Both the position numbers and the translations under genes were made by a program. Shown one piece after another: positions 11,194 to 21,843 of a stretch of DNA of 64,000 nt (its first letter is position 1; the number at the start of each line of letters is the position of its first letter). The stretch spans positions 88,619 to 152,618 of the forward strand of contig JBBIGR010000008.1 in NCBI GenBank assembly GCA_037447435.1. Reading direction: 5' to 3'. This DNA is from Fibrobacteria bacterium. Its GTDB lineage: Bacteria; Fibrobacterota; Chitinivibrionia; Chitinivibrionales; FEN-1185. The notes under the pieces are model-generated. The model saw nothing but the letters and a program-made list of their open reading frames with translations. It made no database searches and was not told the origin of the DNA.

Positions 11194-11880
11194 ATGTTTA
11201 AGCAATTCTTAGTACGACTAACACTTGCAATTGCCAGAATACTTTGTGACCGAAAAAGGTATTCTCGTTTTGGAACACGAGCGAATCTTGGTTGTGGTCT
11301 TCATTGTCTGGAAAAATGGGTGAATATTGATGGAAGTCTGACTGCACTTCTTGGATCTCGCAGGCATAAAGTAATTAACAGGCTTGTCTATGCTGCAGCA
11401 GGTTCATCCGCATTTTATCCTTTTGCCCATTACAATGAAGTTTTAACAAAAAAGAAACTATATTTTTTTGATTTGCGATACGGGGTCCCCTTCGACAATG
11501 ACAGTCTTGAGGTAATTTACAGCAGTCACTTTATTGAACATCTTTCCGAAAAAGATGGCGAACGTTTTTTGGGGGAATGCTTACGGACTCTTAAGCCCGG
11601 CGGCATTTTCCGTCTTTCCTTACCTGACCTTGACGTAGCATTCAAAATGTATTCTGAGAAACAATATCTCGAAATGTTGCATATGTTTTTTTACACATCG
11701 GAACATTATGATTTTTCTGCTCATAAATTCAATTATAATTTCGACATATTAGCAAAGAAGCTAGAAAACATCGGTTTTAGCAAAGTTAAAAAATGCTCTT
11801 TTCGATCTGGCAATTGCCCTGATATCGATTATCTTGATGTCTATCCCGAACACTCATTTTTTATTGAATGCAGTAAATGA
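11194..11880 (+). CDS. Class I SAM methyltransferase
   Basis: NLGCG..WVNID, IYSSHFIEHL, LKPGGIFRLSLPDL. Alternative start at 11179. Confidence 0.82.
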   Translation: MFKQFLVRLTLAIARILCDRKRYSRFGTRANLGCGLHCLEKWVNIDGSLTALLGSRRHKVINRLVYAAAGSSAFYPFAHYNEVLTKKKLYFFDLRYGVPFDNDSLEVIYSSHFIEHLSEKDGERFLGECLRTLKPGGIFRLSLPDLDVAFKMYSEKQYLEMLHMFFYTSEHYDFSAHKFNYNFDILAKKLENIGFSKVKKCSFRSGNCPDIDYLDVYPEHSFFIECSK

Positions 11881-12998
11881 AAATTCTCATTGCAGGTGAT
11901 TTTCACTCGGAAATACATGAGCAGAGCTACAGCAAAGCATTCACAGACCTCGGCCACGAAACTATTGAATTCAAATGGTTCAACTATTTTAAAGGATACC
12001 AGCTTTATAGATCTCAGAAAATAAAAGGCAATAAAATATTTTCCTTGATATATAGGTTTCAAAATAAATATTCAATCGGACCTGCCATTAATTCCATCAA
12101 TGGCGATTTTTTCAAATGCTGCATGCAAAATAAGCCCGACATGATATTGTTGTTCAGAGGCGTTCATATTTGGCAAAGAACAATAAAAAAGGTAAAAAGA
12201 AACCTTTCGGGAACAGTGTTTTTTGTCATTAATAATGATGACCCGTTTGGTCAAAATTATCCATGGTATTTTTGGCGGCATTTTCGGCAATGTTTGCCAA
12301 TGTTTGACCATTCATTCGTGTATAGAGAAAAAAACATCGTGGATTTAAAGGCACACGGCATAATGCGGGCAAGTATCATGCGGTCATATTATATAAAAGA
12401 AAGAAATTACCCCATTGAACGATTGGAAAATAGCGGATTTTCTGCTGATGTTGGATTTATAGGTCATTTTGAAGACGATGGAAGAGATGAATATTGCAGA
12501 ATTCTTGCAGAACGATCCGACATAAGATTCAGGATTAATGGACATGAATGGCATAAATCCAAGCATTATGAATATTTACAAAAACACGCCGGCCCGATTC
12601 TTCCTCTCTATAAAAAAGACGAATACAATATTGCAATAAATAGCCTGAAAATTGCATTGGTATTTTTATCCAAACTCAACAATGATACGTATACACGTCG
12701 TTGTTTCGAAATCCCTGCAGCACGAGTTTTAATGTTAAGCCAATATTCTGAAGACCTTTCTAAGCTTTTTGAGGAAGGAAAAGAAGCTGTTTATTTCCGA
12801 ACAAAGAATGAAATGATTCGAAAAATTGAGTATTATCTAAATAATGATCTGGCGAGAAGAGCTGTTGCAAGGGGTGGTTATGAACGCTTGATGCGGGACG
12901 GACATGAAGTTCATAATAGGGCACAACAGGTATGCGATATTTACGAAACAATTGTTTTCCAACGGACTCACAAAACAGATTGGCAAACATTGAAATAA
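11877..12998 (+). CDS. CgeB-family glycosyltransferase
   Basis: NNDDPF, DVGFIGHFEDDGR, LSKLNNDTYTRRCFEIPA. Confidence 0.85.
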   Translation: MKILIAGDFHSEIHEQSYSKAFTDLGHETIEFKWFNYFKGYQLYRSQKIKGNKIFSLIYRFQNKYSIGPAINSINGDFFKCCMQNKPDMILLFRGVHIWQRTIKKVKRNLSGTVFFVINNDDPFGQNYPWYFWRHFRQCLPMFDHSFVYREKNIVDLKAHGIMRASIMRSYYIKERNYPIERLENSGFSADVGFIGHFEDDGRDEYCRILAERSDIRFRINGHEWHKSKHYEYLQKHAGPILPLYKKDEYNIAINSLKIALVFLSKLNNDTYTRRCFEIPAARVLMLSQYSEDLSKLFEEGKEAVYFRTKNEMIRKIEYYLNNDLARRAVARGGYERLMRDGHEVHNRAQQVCDIYETIVFQRTHKTDWQTLK

Positions 12999-13059
12999 AT
13001 ATTGTATTGACTAATTATAACAGCTGATGCATGGTTTTTATCAAAGGGAAAGAAACTTA

Positions 13060-14934
13060 ATGTGCGGAATTATCGGATGCTGGCATAAGAACAAAGAACC
13101 TGTTTCCGAAAGCTTATTATTTTCAATGCGGGACCGGATGTTCAGCAGAGGGCCGGATGATGCTGGAGTTTGGTTCAACGACGACAAAACGATAGCGCTC
13201 GGTCATAGAAGGCTGTCAATATTAGATTTGTCGTCCTTAGGTCATCAGCCTATGAAATCGGCGTTTGGAGACAATGTAATAACTTATAATGGCGAGATTT
13301 ATAATTACCTGGAAATTCGCAAAGAATTGGAAAAAGATGGATTTTGTTTTAAAAGCAATTGCGATACTGAAGTAGTTATAGCTAGTTATCAAAAGTGGGG
13401 TATGAATTGCGTAAAACATTTCAATGGCATGTTTGTTTTTGCTATTTGGGATAATGCAAAACGGGGAATGTTTTTGGCGCGTGATCGTATTGGAAAAAAA
13501 CCTCTTTATTATTTTAATGATGAAAATCGATTCCTATTTGCTTCGCAGATATCTTCGTTGCTCTTGCATCCAGCGTGCCCGCGGGAAGTTGAAAAGAATG
13601 CATTATCATATTATCTTCAAATTGGATTTGTACCGGCGCCATTATCAATGGTTAAAAATGTGGTGAAAATGCAGGCTGCACATGTCTTATGGATAGACTC
13701 ATCAGGCATTACGGAACAATGTTATTGGAATGCCGATATGTTTTCAATTGACCCATCACTTGAGTCGGTCAATGAAAAAGACATCATTGATAAATTCGAT
13801 TTTCTTTTACGTGATGCAGTGCGGAAACGATTGCTTTCAGACGTTCCGCTCGGCGCATTTCTGTCCGGTGGCATTGATTCGTCTTTGGTGACGAGTCTTA
13901 TGTGCCAAGTATCAAGTAACAGACCGAAAACATTTACGATTGGATTTGACAATGAAAAATTCAACGAAGCCCCTTTTGCCCGGGAGGTTGCACAATATCT
14001 AAATACCGATCATTATGAAAAAATCATGACGCCAGAAGACCTTCTTAATCTTATGGAAGACAATACATTCCATTACGATGAACCGTTTGCCGACTGGTCA
14101 AGTTTGCCGACAATGTTGCTTTCTAAATTTACACGGTCTTCGGTGACCGTTGCTCTTTCGGGTGATGGGGGTGACGAGTTATTTGCGGGTTATCATTATT
14201 ATTCAATACTAAAAATATTGCATCATATGAAAAAAATTCCTTCTCAATTGCGGCTTGGTATTTCGAAAATATTAAAATCTTCCGGCCAGCATCAATTCAT
14301 TCTGCTTGGCAATGCAATGGAAAACAAAAGTGCTATTGATTCATTTGCATTTATGAGGACTATGAGCAAGGATTTTGATATTGGATGGCTTATGGAGGAG
14401 CGGGGAAATACTATATCTGATCTTTTTTCCGAGAGGAATAATACTTTTCCCACCGAGGATGATGTGTCAAGAGCCTGTCGTCTTGACATGGCCTATTTCT
14501 TGACAGATGACATCCTCAAGAAAGTTGATGTTGCCTCAATGGCTGCAAGCCTCGAGGTACGAAGCCCGATATTGGACTATAGAATAGTTGAATTTGCCCT
14601 TTCTTTGCCTGTTAAATATAAATTGAGAGGTTTGACTTCAAAATATTTAATGAAAAAGATTCTTGGCCGTTATTTGCCTCAAAATCTAATAAAGCGAAAG
14701 AAAAAAGGGTTTGTATTGCCCTTGCACCAATGGTTCAGACATGAGCTTAAAGACATGCTTCTTTCAGAGCTTTGCCGATCAAAAGTAGAACAGTTTCCAG
14801 GTTTACGGTTTGATGCCGTTAAACAATTAGTAGATATTCATCTCTCCGGGAAGAGGGACACCCATCCAATGCTGTGGTCTCTAATTTGTCTTATCCGGTG
14901 GAATGAAAAAATCAGAAATTTCCCAGCTTCTTAA
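13060..14934 (+). CDS. asnB: Second AsnB-like glutamine-hydrolysing amidotransferase
   Basis: MCGIIG start at 13060 (Cys2 is required), RGPDD, GHRRLSILDL, FLSGGIDSS, SGDGGDELFAGY. Confidence 0.93.
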   Translation: MCGIIGCWHKNKEPVSESLLFSMRDRMFSRGPDDAGVWFNDDKTIALGHRRLSILDLSSLGHQPMKSAFGDNVITYNGEIYNYLEIRKELEKDGFCFKSNCDTEVVIASYQKWGMNCVKHFNGMFVFAIWDNAKRGMFLARDRIGKKPLYYFNDENRFLFASQISSLLLHPACPREVEKNALSYYLQIGFVPAPLSMVKNVVKMQAAHVLWIDSSGITEQCYWNADMFSIDPSLESVNEKDIIDKFDFLLRDAVRKRLLSDVPLGAFLSGGIDSSLVTSLMCQVSSNRPKTFTIGFDNEKFNEAPFAREVAQYLNTDHYEKIMTPEDLLNLMEDNTFHYDEPFADWSSLPTMLLSKFTRSSVTVALSGDGGDELFAGYHYYSILKILHHMKKIPSQLRLGISKILKSSGQHQFILLGNAMENKSAIDSFAFMRTMSKDFDIGWLMEERGNTISDLFSERNNTFPTEDDVSRACRLDMAYFLTDDILKKVDVASMAASLEVRSPILDYRIVEFALSLPVKYKLRGLTSKYLMKKILGRYLPQNLIKRKKKGFVLPLHQWFRHELKDMLLSELCRSKVEQFPGLRFDAVKQLVDIHLSGKRDTHPMLWSLICLIRWNEKIRNFPAS

Positions 14935-14951
14935 ACTAAAATAAGGATTCT

Positions 14952-15935
14952 ATGATTTCAGGGTACGAAAAGTATTTGGTGTGTCCGCAATGTCAATCAG
15001 AATTAACATTGGTTGCAAAAGAAATTGTGGAAGGTCGAGTTCAGACCGGAATTTTAAAATGTTTAAAATGCCGGACTGAATATGCAATCGTTGGTTTTAT
15101 TCCGCGATTTATTTCTTCAGATAACTATGCTTTGAGTTTTGGATTTGAGTGGAATATTCATGGGAAAACACAATACGATTCGGCATCGGGTGCGGCGATT
15201 TCTTATGAAAGATTTTTTAAAGAAACACAGTGGCCAAAGGATTTAAGAGGTGAATTACTCTTAGAAGCAGGTTGTGGTTCTGGCCGGTTTACAGAGCATG
15301 CAGCCGCCACTGGTGCAATGGTTATTTCTTTTGATTTGAGCAATGCGGTTGAAGCAAATTATCGTTCTAACGGTCACAAAAAAAATGTTCTCATTGTGCA
15401 AGCAGACATTTACCACATGCCGTTTGCTCGGGAATCCTTTGATAGGATTTATTGCTTAGGGGTTCTTCAACATACCCCGGACGTCCATCGGTCATTTGTT
15501 GCATTATCTGATCATTTGAAAAAAAACGGCAGCCTAGTCATCGATGTATATCGCAAGTTTCATTGGTTAAAACAGATGTTTTTTACAAAATATTGGATCA
15601 GACCTATTACAAAAAAAATCGATCCGCAAAAGTTATATTCGATAATTTCTTTATACATACATTTGATGTGGCCAATTGCCCGTTGCATTAATGCTCTGCC
15701 GATGGGAAGAAAAATTAATACGGTACTGTTAATTGCGGATTTTCGGGGAGTGTTCAATTTAAATGAGGAACAATTGAAAGAATGGGCGATATTGGATACT
15801 TTTGACATGCTGTCCCCACAATACGATTTTCCGCAAACAATGAGGACTGTTTCAAATTGGTTTAGAAACTCGCAATTCGCCAAATTTGAAGTTCAGCCTG
15901 GGCATATTGGTATTGAAGGAAGAGGCACTAAGTGA
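14952..15935 (+). CDS. Class I SAM methyltransferase with N-terminal Trm112-like Zn-ribbon
   Basis: LVCPQC...CLKC..Y.I..FIPRF, SFGFEW, LEAGCGSGR, GVLQHTPD. Confidence 0.87.
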   Translation: MISGYEKYLVCPQCQSELTLVAKEIVEGRVQTGILKCLKCRTEYAIVGFIPRFISSDNYALSFGFEWNIHGKTQYDSASGAAISYERFFKETQWPKDLRGELLLEAGCGSGRFTEHAAATGAMVISFDLSNAVEANYRSNGHKKNVLIVQADIYHMPFARESFDRIYCLGVLQHTPDVHRSFVALSDHLKKNGSLVIDVYRKFHWLKQMFFTKYWIRPITKKIDPQKLYSIISLYIHLMWPIARCINALPMGRKINTVLLIADFRGVFNLNEEQLKEWAILDTFDMLSPQYDFPQTMRTVSNWFRNSQFAKFEVQPGHIGIEGRGTK

Positions 15936-16001
15936 TATTATATTATTGCACCGATAGGCTATTTAAAGGACTGTTTTTGTACCCTTTTTTTATGGGAAAA
16001 C

Positions 16002-17144
16002 ATGCATATCGTTATTGACGCTCTATCATCCGTAAGTGGTGGGGCTGAATCGTATCTGCGCAATTGTTTACCAAGATTATACGATCTTTTTTTGGCAAGT
16101 AAAGGGGAGCACAAATTTACGATTCTTGCCTTTAAAGAGCAAACCCATCTGTTTCCATTGGTTCCTAAAAGTGCATGTTTCCTGATTGAAAAAAAAAGAA
16201 TTTCAGGATTTAAGCTAGCACTATGGCAACGGTTCTCCCTGAGGCGCATAGTAAAAGATCTTGCTGCAGATGTTCTTTTCACGCCATACCAAGTCGGAAG
16301 GCCCTATCCCGGCGTAAAGCGGGTTGTTATGTTTAGGAATATGGATCCGTTTACTTTTCATAAATACAAATATGGTGCTTTTCTGGTTTTTCGCAAAACC
16401 ATTTTAAAATGGGAATCAATATTTTCAATGAAGCATGCCGATCGTGTGATTGCAGTTTCTGAGTATGTAAAAAATTTTGCAGAAAAAGAACTTAAAATTG
16501 ATTCCAATAAAGTTTTTACGATTCATCATGGCAGAGATCTTAGGTTTTGTCCCGAAGCTGATTTGGAAAAAGACTCTCAAATTCTAAACGAGTTCGGTAT
16601 TTCAACGCCTTTTATTTTTACCTGTGGATTGTTATGGCCTTATCGTCGCTGTGAAGATGTGATTCGGGCTTTCGATGGTGCGATAAATTTGGACAACAAT
16701 TGTCATCTTGTTATATGCGGCACCGGCTTTAAGCCGTATGTTCGTTTTATTGAAAAATGTATTTCTCAATCGAAACGAAAAAATAACATTCGGATGTTGG
16801 GCAATGTATCCGTAGAGGCAATGCAGGTGTTCTTCAGAAAATGCAAAATATGCGTTATTGCTACTGAAGTAGAGGCATGTCCAAATATAGCAATTGAAGC
16901 GTTGTCCTCAGGCAGTGCGATAATTTCCGCAGATAACCAGCCACTTACGGAAATTTTTGCAAATAGTGTAGGATATTTTTCCTCAAGAAACACCAAGGAA
17001 CTAGCCATCATGATGAACAATGTTTTCAATGATCCTCAAGAAATCTCCAATTTAAAATGCCGCGCTTTAAAAAGGGCCAGCGCATTTTCATGGGATCAAT
17101 GCGCAATAAGAACATATTCTGCCCTTGTAAATTGGCAAATCTAA
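16002..17144 (+). CDS. Glycosyltransferase family 4
   Basis: SGGAESY, ADRVIAVSE, EACPNIAIEAL (EX7E), FSWD. Confidence 0.88.
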   Translation: MHIVIDALSSVSGGAESYLRNCLPRLYDLFLASKGEHKFTILAFKEQTHLFPLVPKSACFLIEKKRISGFKLALWQRFSLRRIVKDLAADVLFTPYQVGRPYPGVKRVVMFRNMDPFTFHKYKYGAFLVFRKTILKWESIFSMKHADRVIAVSEYVKNFAEKELKIDSNKVFTIHHGRDLRFCPEADLEKDSQILNEFGISTPFIFTCGLLWPYRRCEDVIRAFDGAINLDNNCHLVICGTGFKPYVRFIEKCISQSKRKNNIRMLGNVSVEAMQVFFRKCKICVIATEVEACPNIAIEALSSGSAIISADNQPLTEIFANSVGYFSSRNTKELAIMMNNVFNDPQEISNLKCRALKRASAFSWDQCAIRTYSALVNWQI

Positions 17145-17190
17145 TTTGAAATAATTGTATTTCACAAAAAGTAATCTAAAGGTTTGAAAA

Positions 17191-17892
17191 ATGAAAAAAG
17201 AGCCTAATAAATTATCTAGGGACAAATGGGTAATTCAGGAACTTTTAAAAATTCCCAAAGGATTTAGACTGCTTGATGTTGGCGCAGGTACATCCCCTTA
17301 CAGAATTTTTTGCAAACATCTGATATATGAGTCTCAAGATTTCTGTCAACTTGATCCTCAACAAATGGGTGGAAAAAATTATCCTTTACATACATTTGCA
17401 AGTGATGTCTGTTCTATTCCAGCACCCGATGCGACGTATGATGCAATACTCTGCACGGAGGCATTGGAACATTTTCCAAGGCCAATTGAGGCAATTGGAG
17501 AAATGGTGCGTTTACTTAAAATGGGCGGCACCCTTTTTCTTACTGCGCCGTTAGGAAGCGGATTGCATCAAAAGCCATATCATTATTATGGAGGATTCAC
17601 TCCATTTTGGTATGAGTATGTCTGTAAAGAATATGGTTTAGGAGTCAAGTCCATACAACCTTCCGGTGGTTTTTTCTTTTTATTAGCCCAGGAATGTGCG
17701 AGGGCTGAGGTTTTTTTGCGCAAGAGTATTGATTGCAAAAAATGGACAAAGTTACTATGGTTAATTTTAGGACCAATTTTGAGGTGTTTTATAGCACCCG
17801 TATTTCGGATTATTGATAGACCTTCGGCATCTTCAGAATTTACTATAGGTTACCATGTAGTTTGTGTCAAGCAAAAAGATGTCCGAAATTAA
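17191..17892 (+). CDS. Class I SAM methyltransferase
   Basis: LLDVGAG, YDAILCTEALEH, LFLTAP...HQKPYHY. Confidence 0.87.
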   Translation: MKKEPNKLSRDKWVIQELLKIPKGFRLLDVGAGTSPYRIFCKHLIYESQDFCQLDPQQMGGKNYPLHTFASDVCSIPAPDATYDAILCTEALEHFPRPIEAIGEMVRLLKMGGTLFLTAPLGSGLHQKPYHYYGGFTPFWYEYVCKEYGLGVKSIQPSGGFFFLLAQECARAEVFLRKSIDCKKWTKLLWLILGPILRCFIAPVFRIIDRPSASSEFTIGYHVVCVKQKDVRN

Positions 17893-17965
17893 ATTGAAGT
17901 AGATCACTGATTTGGATTTTCAGACGGCCGAACGGATGAAAAATATTCTAACTAAGAGGGAATAA

Positions 17966-18523
17966 GTGAATACAGTTGATTTAGGGTCCTATCAAAAAGT
18001 CTACAATCCAGGGAATTTAGTGAGAACAATTATGTGGTATTTCGTCAATATAACAATTTTTCAATCGGGATTGCCATATCCGACTTTTTTAAAGGTATGG
18101 TTGCTTCGCTTTTTTGGAGCATCAGTTGGCAGCAAAGTTATGGTAAAGCCAGGCATCGCAATAAAGTACCCATGGCATCTTTCTATCGGAAATAACGTCT
18201 GGCTGGGTGAAAAAGTATGGATTGACAATCTAGCCAAGATAATTATTGGCAATAATGTATGTATTTCCCAAGGGGCATATCTGATGACCGGGAATCATGA
18301 TTATAAAAAGCCCTCATTCGATCTCATTATTGCTCCTATTATTATTGAAGACGGGGTATGGGTGGGGGCGCGAGCTGTAATTTGTCCTGGTGCTAAGCTT
18401 GGAACTCATTCGGTGATTACTGCCGGGAGTGTGGCAGTTGCGAATACGCCACAATTTACAATATGTCAAGGCAATCCAGCCGTTCCGACAAGGAAAAGAG
18501 TCATAGATCATGAAGCCAGTTGA
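17966..18523 (+). CDS. wcaF: WcaF-family hexapeptide-repeat acetyltransferase
   Basis: LLRFFGA, IKYPWHLSIG..VWLGE..WIDNL, CISQGAYL.TGNHDY. Confidence 0.88.
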   Translation: MNTVDLGSYQKVYNPGNLVRTIMWYFVNITIFQSGLPYPTFLKVWLLRFFGASVGSKVMVKPGIAIKYPWHLSIGNNVWLGEKVWIDNLAKIIIGNNVCISQGAYLMTGNHDYKKPSFDLIIAPIIIEDGVWVGARAVICPGAKLGTHSVITAGSVAVANTPQFTICQGNPAVPTRKRVIDHEAS

Positions 18524-19634
18524 GCTTTGCAAGGAAAAATCGAGTTTTTTACATTTTACACGATGGCTTGCCGCGTTCATTGTTTTGGTAGGTCATACTC
18601 AGATGGTTGCTTCTCTGACATTTGGCAAAGAGATGAACTATAATTCCATCCATTGGTACTATTATTTTTGTTTTCATGCTCATATTGCTGTGATAATGTT
18701 TTTTGTTCTAAGCGGATATGTGGTGGCGTACTCCACATTCATCAAACTTAACGGTTCTGATGAGTATCGATTTGTCAATTATTTTATAGATAGATGGTCC
18801 AGAATATATTCTGTCCTAATAGCGGCGATTATATTGACAATAGTGCTGGATTTTTACGGGAAATATTTCAATAGGTTGTATTTTGATTCAGCCATTATTC
18901 CTCAAGATCACAGAGTTATGCGGCTTTTATTGAATATTTGCAGTCTTCAGGGGCTTCATGGTTATAGGATCCAATTCGGCAGCAATTCGGCATTATGGTC
19001 TATTGGATATGAATTTTGTTATTACTTCATTTTTGGGCTAGTGGTTTTTTCAAAACAACTCATAAAGCGAAAAATATTACTTTATCCGATACTTTTAGGT
19101 GTTTCAGTAATTATCGGGTCGAAAATGCTTTTCTACTTTTTAATTTGGAGTATGGGTGTTTTTGCTTTTTGGATATTTCATTATAAGAAATATCATTTGC
19201 CTTTTTTCATTCGTATTTGGTTGTGTGTTCTTGCAGTAATTGCAAATCATTTTATTGTTTATAAAAATATATTTACTCATAATCAATATATACAAGACCT
19301 CATTATGGGTCTGATATTTTCATTAATCCTGCTTTGTGATGGCAACAGAAACGGAGTTAATGGCTTTATTAAAAGGGTAAATACATTCATGTCGGATTTC
19401 AGCTATTCATTATATGCATATCATTTGCCGATCTTAATGTTTATAAGCATGAGCCTAAGCAGGATTATTCGTGCAAAGCATGTCGAGTTTTATCAATTGT
19501 CTATTGGTCTCTCAATTGCGAGCTTTTTCATTGTCAGAGTATTGTATCTTTTTACGGAACATCAAAGAGGCAAATTAAAAGCTCTAGCCTATACTATTTT
19601 ACGAAATACCACGACAATAGATAGGAACCGATGA
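18510..19634 (+). CDS. Acyltransferase_3 family membrane O-acyltransferase
   Basis: R..AA.IV..GH, AVIMFFVLSGY, R..RIY, LWSIGYE, SYSLYAYHLPI. Confidence 0.88.
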   Translation: MKPVELCKEKSSFLHFTRWLAAFIVLVGHTQMVASLTFGKEMNYNSIHWYYYFCFHAHIAVIMFFVLSGYVVAYSTFIKLNGSDEYRFVNYFIDRWSRIYSVLIAAIILTIVLDFYGKYFNRLYFDSAIIPQDHRVMRLLLNICSLQGLHGYRIQFGSNSALWSIGYEFCYYFIFGLVVFSKQLIKRKILLYPILLGVSVIIGSKMLFYFLIWSMGVFAFWIFHYKKYHLPFFIRIWLCVLAVIANHFIVYKNIFTHNQYIQDLIMGLIFSLILLCDGNRNGVNGFIKRVNTFMSDFSYSLYAYHLPILMFISMSLSRIIRAKHVEFYQLSIGLSIASFFIVRVLYLFTEHQRGKLKALAYTILRNTTTIDRNR

Positions 19635-20869
19635 ACGTTTTAATTATTAATCAAACTTTTTTCCCTGATCAGGTCGCGGTCTCTCAGTATCTCACAGATT
19701 TCACTGAACAGCTTGCAAATTCAGGGCATCGGATTAAAGTGCTGGCAGGGTCACGTGACTATGAAAATCCATCTATAGTTTTTGCGCGATCTGAGACATA
19801 CAAAACGATTGCGGTGGAGCGCATAGGGTCGACACAATTTATTAAAAAAACTAAGTTTGGAAGGCTTGTCAATTTCGTAAGTTTTAATCTTGCATTATGC
19901 GCACATTTATTCTTTTCTGAACGAAGTCGATATGATCTTGTCATCGGATCAACCGTGCCGCCAATGGTTGGTATTGTCGCAAGTTTATTTTCCTTTTTTC
20001 ATAATGTACCATTTATCTATTGGGTTATGGACCTGCAGCCCGACGAGGCTATTGCTGCGGATTACTTAAAACAAAACTCCCTTATTGCTCGTACTATGAT
20101 TTTGGCAGGAAAAATTCCTTTGAGGTTAGCTTGCTCGATAATTGTTCTTGACTCATATATGAAAGAACGAATCAAGACAAAAGGAATTACAGAAAATAAA
20201 ATATCCGTTGTTCCCCTATGGCCGATTATTGATAAGGACTCGTTTAATGACGAGTCGGCACTTGCCTTCCGCAAAAAACATGGGTTTGGCGAAAAAACCG
20301 TTGTGATGTATTCGGGAAATCATTCTGTTTGCCATCCATTAGATACATTGCTGGAAGCGAGTAAAGTACTTGAGGGGACGAACGAGTTCATTTTTGCTTT
20401 TGTCGGAGGAGGAGTTCGCGTTGATCAAGTAGCCCGCGAAGTAAAGACGTACGGTCTGAAGAATGTAATCCAGCTGCCATATCAAAAAAGAGAATTTCTG
20501 GCAGACGTTCTTCTTTCGGCCGATATTCACATTGTTGTCATGGGCGATCCTTTTGTCGGCATTATTCATCCATCCAAAATCTACGGTATCCTTGCCGTGG
20601 GAAAGCCATTTGTTTTTATCGGACCAGACCAATGCCATGTGAAAGATATTATAAAGGATGTCGGATTTGGATATGATGTTCGTACCGGAGATTCGTCTGG
20701 ATTAGTATCTGCATTGCTTTCGATACGAAATCTTTCTACTCAACAGCTTGAAATTGCGAAGGAAAACGAGCGGAAATTTGCATATGACACATTTGGTCGA
20801 AAAGAATGCGCCGGCCGGATTGCGGCAATTGCCGAGAACTCCGTAAAATTGAGGAAAAAGCAAGTTTGA
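19631..20869 (+). CDS. Glycosyltransferase family 4 (WcaI/WbuB-like)
   Basis: INQTFFPD, YWVMDLQPD, VMYSGN, PSKIYGILAVGKP. Confidence 0.88.
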   Translation: MNVLIINQTFFPDQVAVSQYLTDFTEQLANSGHRIKVLAGSRDYENPSIVFARSETYKTIAVERIGSTQFIKKTKFGRLVNFVSFNLALCAHLFFSERSRYDLVIGSTVPPMVGIVASLFSFFHNVPFIYWVMDLQPDEAIAADYLKQNSLIARTMILAGKIPLRLACSIIVLDSYMKERIKTKGITENKISVVPLWPIIDKDSFNDESALAFRKKHGFGEKTVVMYSGNHSVCHPLDTLLEASKVLEGTNEFIFAFVGGGVRVDQVAREVKTYGLKNVIQLPYQKREFLADVLLSADIHIVVMGDPFVGIIHPSKIYGILAVGKPFVFIGPDQCHVKDIIKDVGFGYDVRTGDSSGLVSALLSIRNLSTQQLEIAKENERKFAYDTFGRKECAGRIAAIAENSVKLRKKQV

Positions 20870-21843
20870 AACAAACCATATTAATAACTGGAGCGAATGG
20901 CTTTATTGGATCAAATATCTGCAGACATTTACTTGCTGCAGGATACGAGTGTCGAGTCCTGGTTCGAACAAAAAGTGGAGTACCCTCTGGCTGCGATATA
21001 GTATTAGGAGAATTTGAGAATACCATTTTGGCTCCAGATATCTTCCGAAATGTTCATGCGGTTGTTCATTGTGCCGCTCACGTTCACAAAATGGGAAGAA
21101 TGAAAGGCAGCGATAACGAGGAATACTTCCGGGTCAACAGAGATCTCACTCAGAAGCTTGCTCAAAGCGCGATCTCCGTCGGTATAAAAATGTTTATTTT
21201 TCTAAGCAGTACCAAGGTGATGGGTGACCATAATGCTTTGGGCAAAATATATACCGAAGAAGACACTCCTATGCCTACAGACTCGTATGGCCAGAGCAAA
21301 TATGAGGCTGAAAAGATTCTAAAGGAACTTTATATATCGGAATCGGAGTTGCAATGTGTGGTTCTGCGGCTTCCGATGGTCTATGGACCTGCCAACAAAG
21401 GCAATATGATTTCGCTTATAGCAACGGCAAGTCGAGGAATCCCTTTGCCGCTTTCGGCTGCTCGCGGAAAACGTAGCATGATCTATATCGGGAATATTTG
21501 CAGCGCTATTGAAACGTTGCTAGCATGGGAAGGGAAAACCAAAAATTCCTGGGAATGTTTTAATTTGACAGATACGATAGATATAACAAGTAAGCAGCTT
21601 TATAGGGCCATTTACGGCTCGTTTAGAAATGGAACCGGTATATTATGGTTTCCAGAAATCCTTGTAAATCTAGTACGGCGAATTGTGCCGTTATGTGAGC
21701 CTGTAATATCACGGTTGTTTAATTGTTACAGATTCTCGTCGAAAAAGTTCCAGAAAACCTTTGAGTGGTCGGCGCCGTTTTCATTTGAAGAGGGCATTGC
21801 AGAAACTATTACATGGTACAAAAAAAAATCTATCAATCAATAA
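20866..21843 (+). CDS. NAD-dependent epimerase/dehydratase
   Basis: ITGANGFIG, YGQSK (YxxxK), LRLPMVYG. TTG start at 20866 overlaps the upstream stop. Confidence 0.88.
   Translation: MKQTILITGANGFIGSNICRHLLAAGYECRVLVRTKSGVPSGCDIVLGEFENTILAPDIFRNVHAVVHCAAHVHKMGRMKGSDNEEYFRVNRDLTQKLAQSAISVGIKMFIFLSSTKVMGDHNALGKIYTEEDTPMPTDSYGQSKYEAEKILKELYISESELQCVVLRLPMVYGPANKGNMISLIATASRGIPLPLSAARGKRSMIYIGNICSAIETLLAWEGKTKNSWECFNLTDTIDITSKQLYRAIYGSFRNGTGILWFPEILVNLVRRIVPLCEPVISRLFNCYRFSSKKFQKTFEWSAPFSFEEGIAETITWYKKKSINQ

Noticed and set aside
3786..21828. A9 tracts in glycan genes (e.g. 3786, 5378, 6587, 16189, 21820) as phase-variation switches
   Set aside because: All lie in intact frames in Lys-rich, AT-rich sequence where such runs are expected. 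There is no evidence of slippage.
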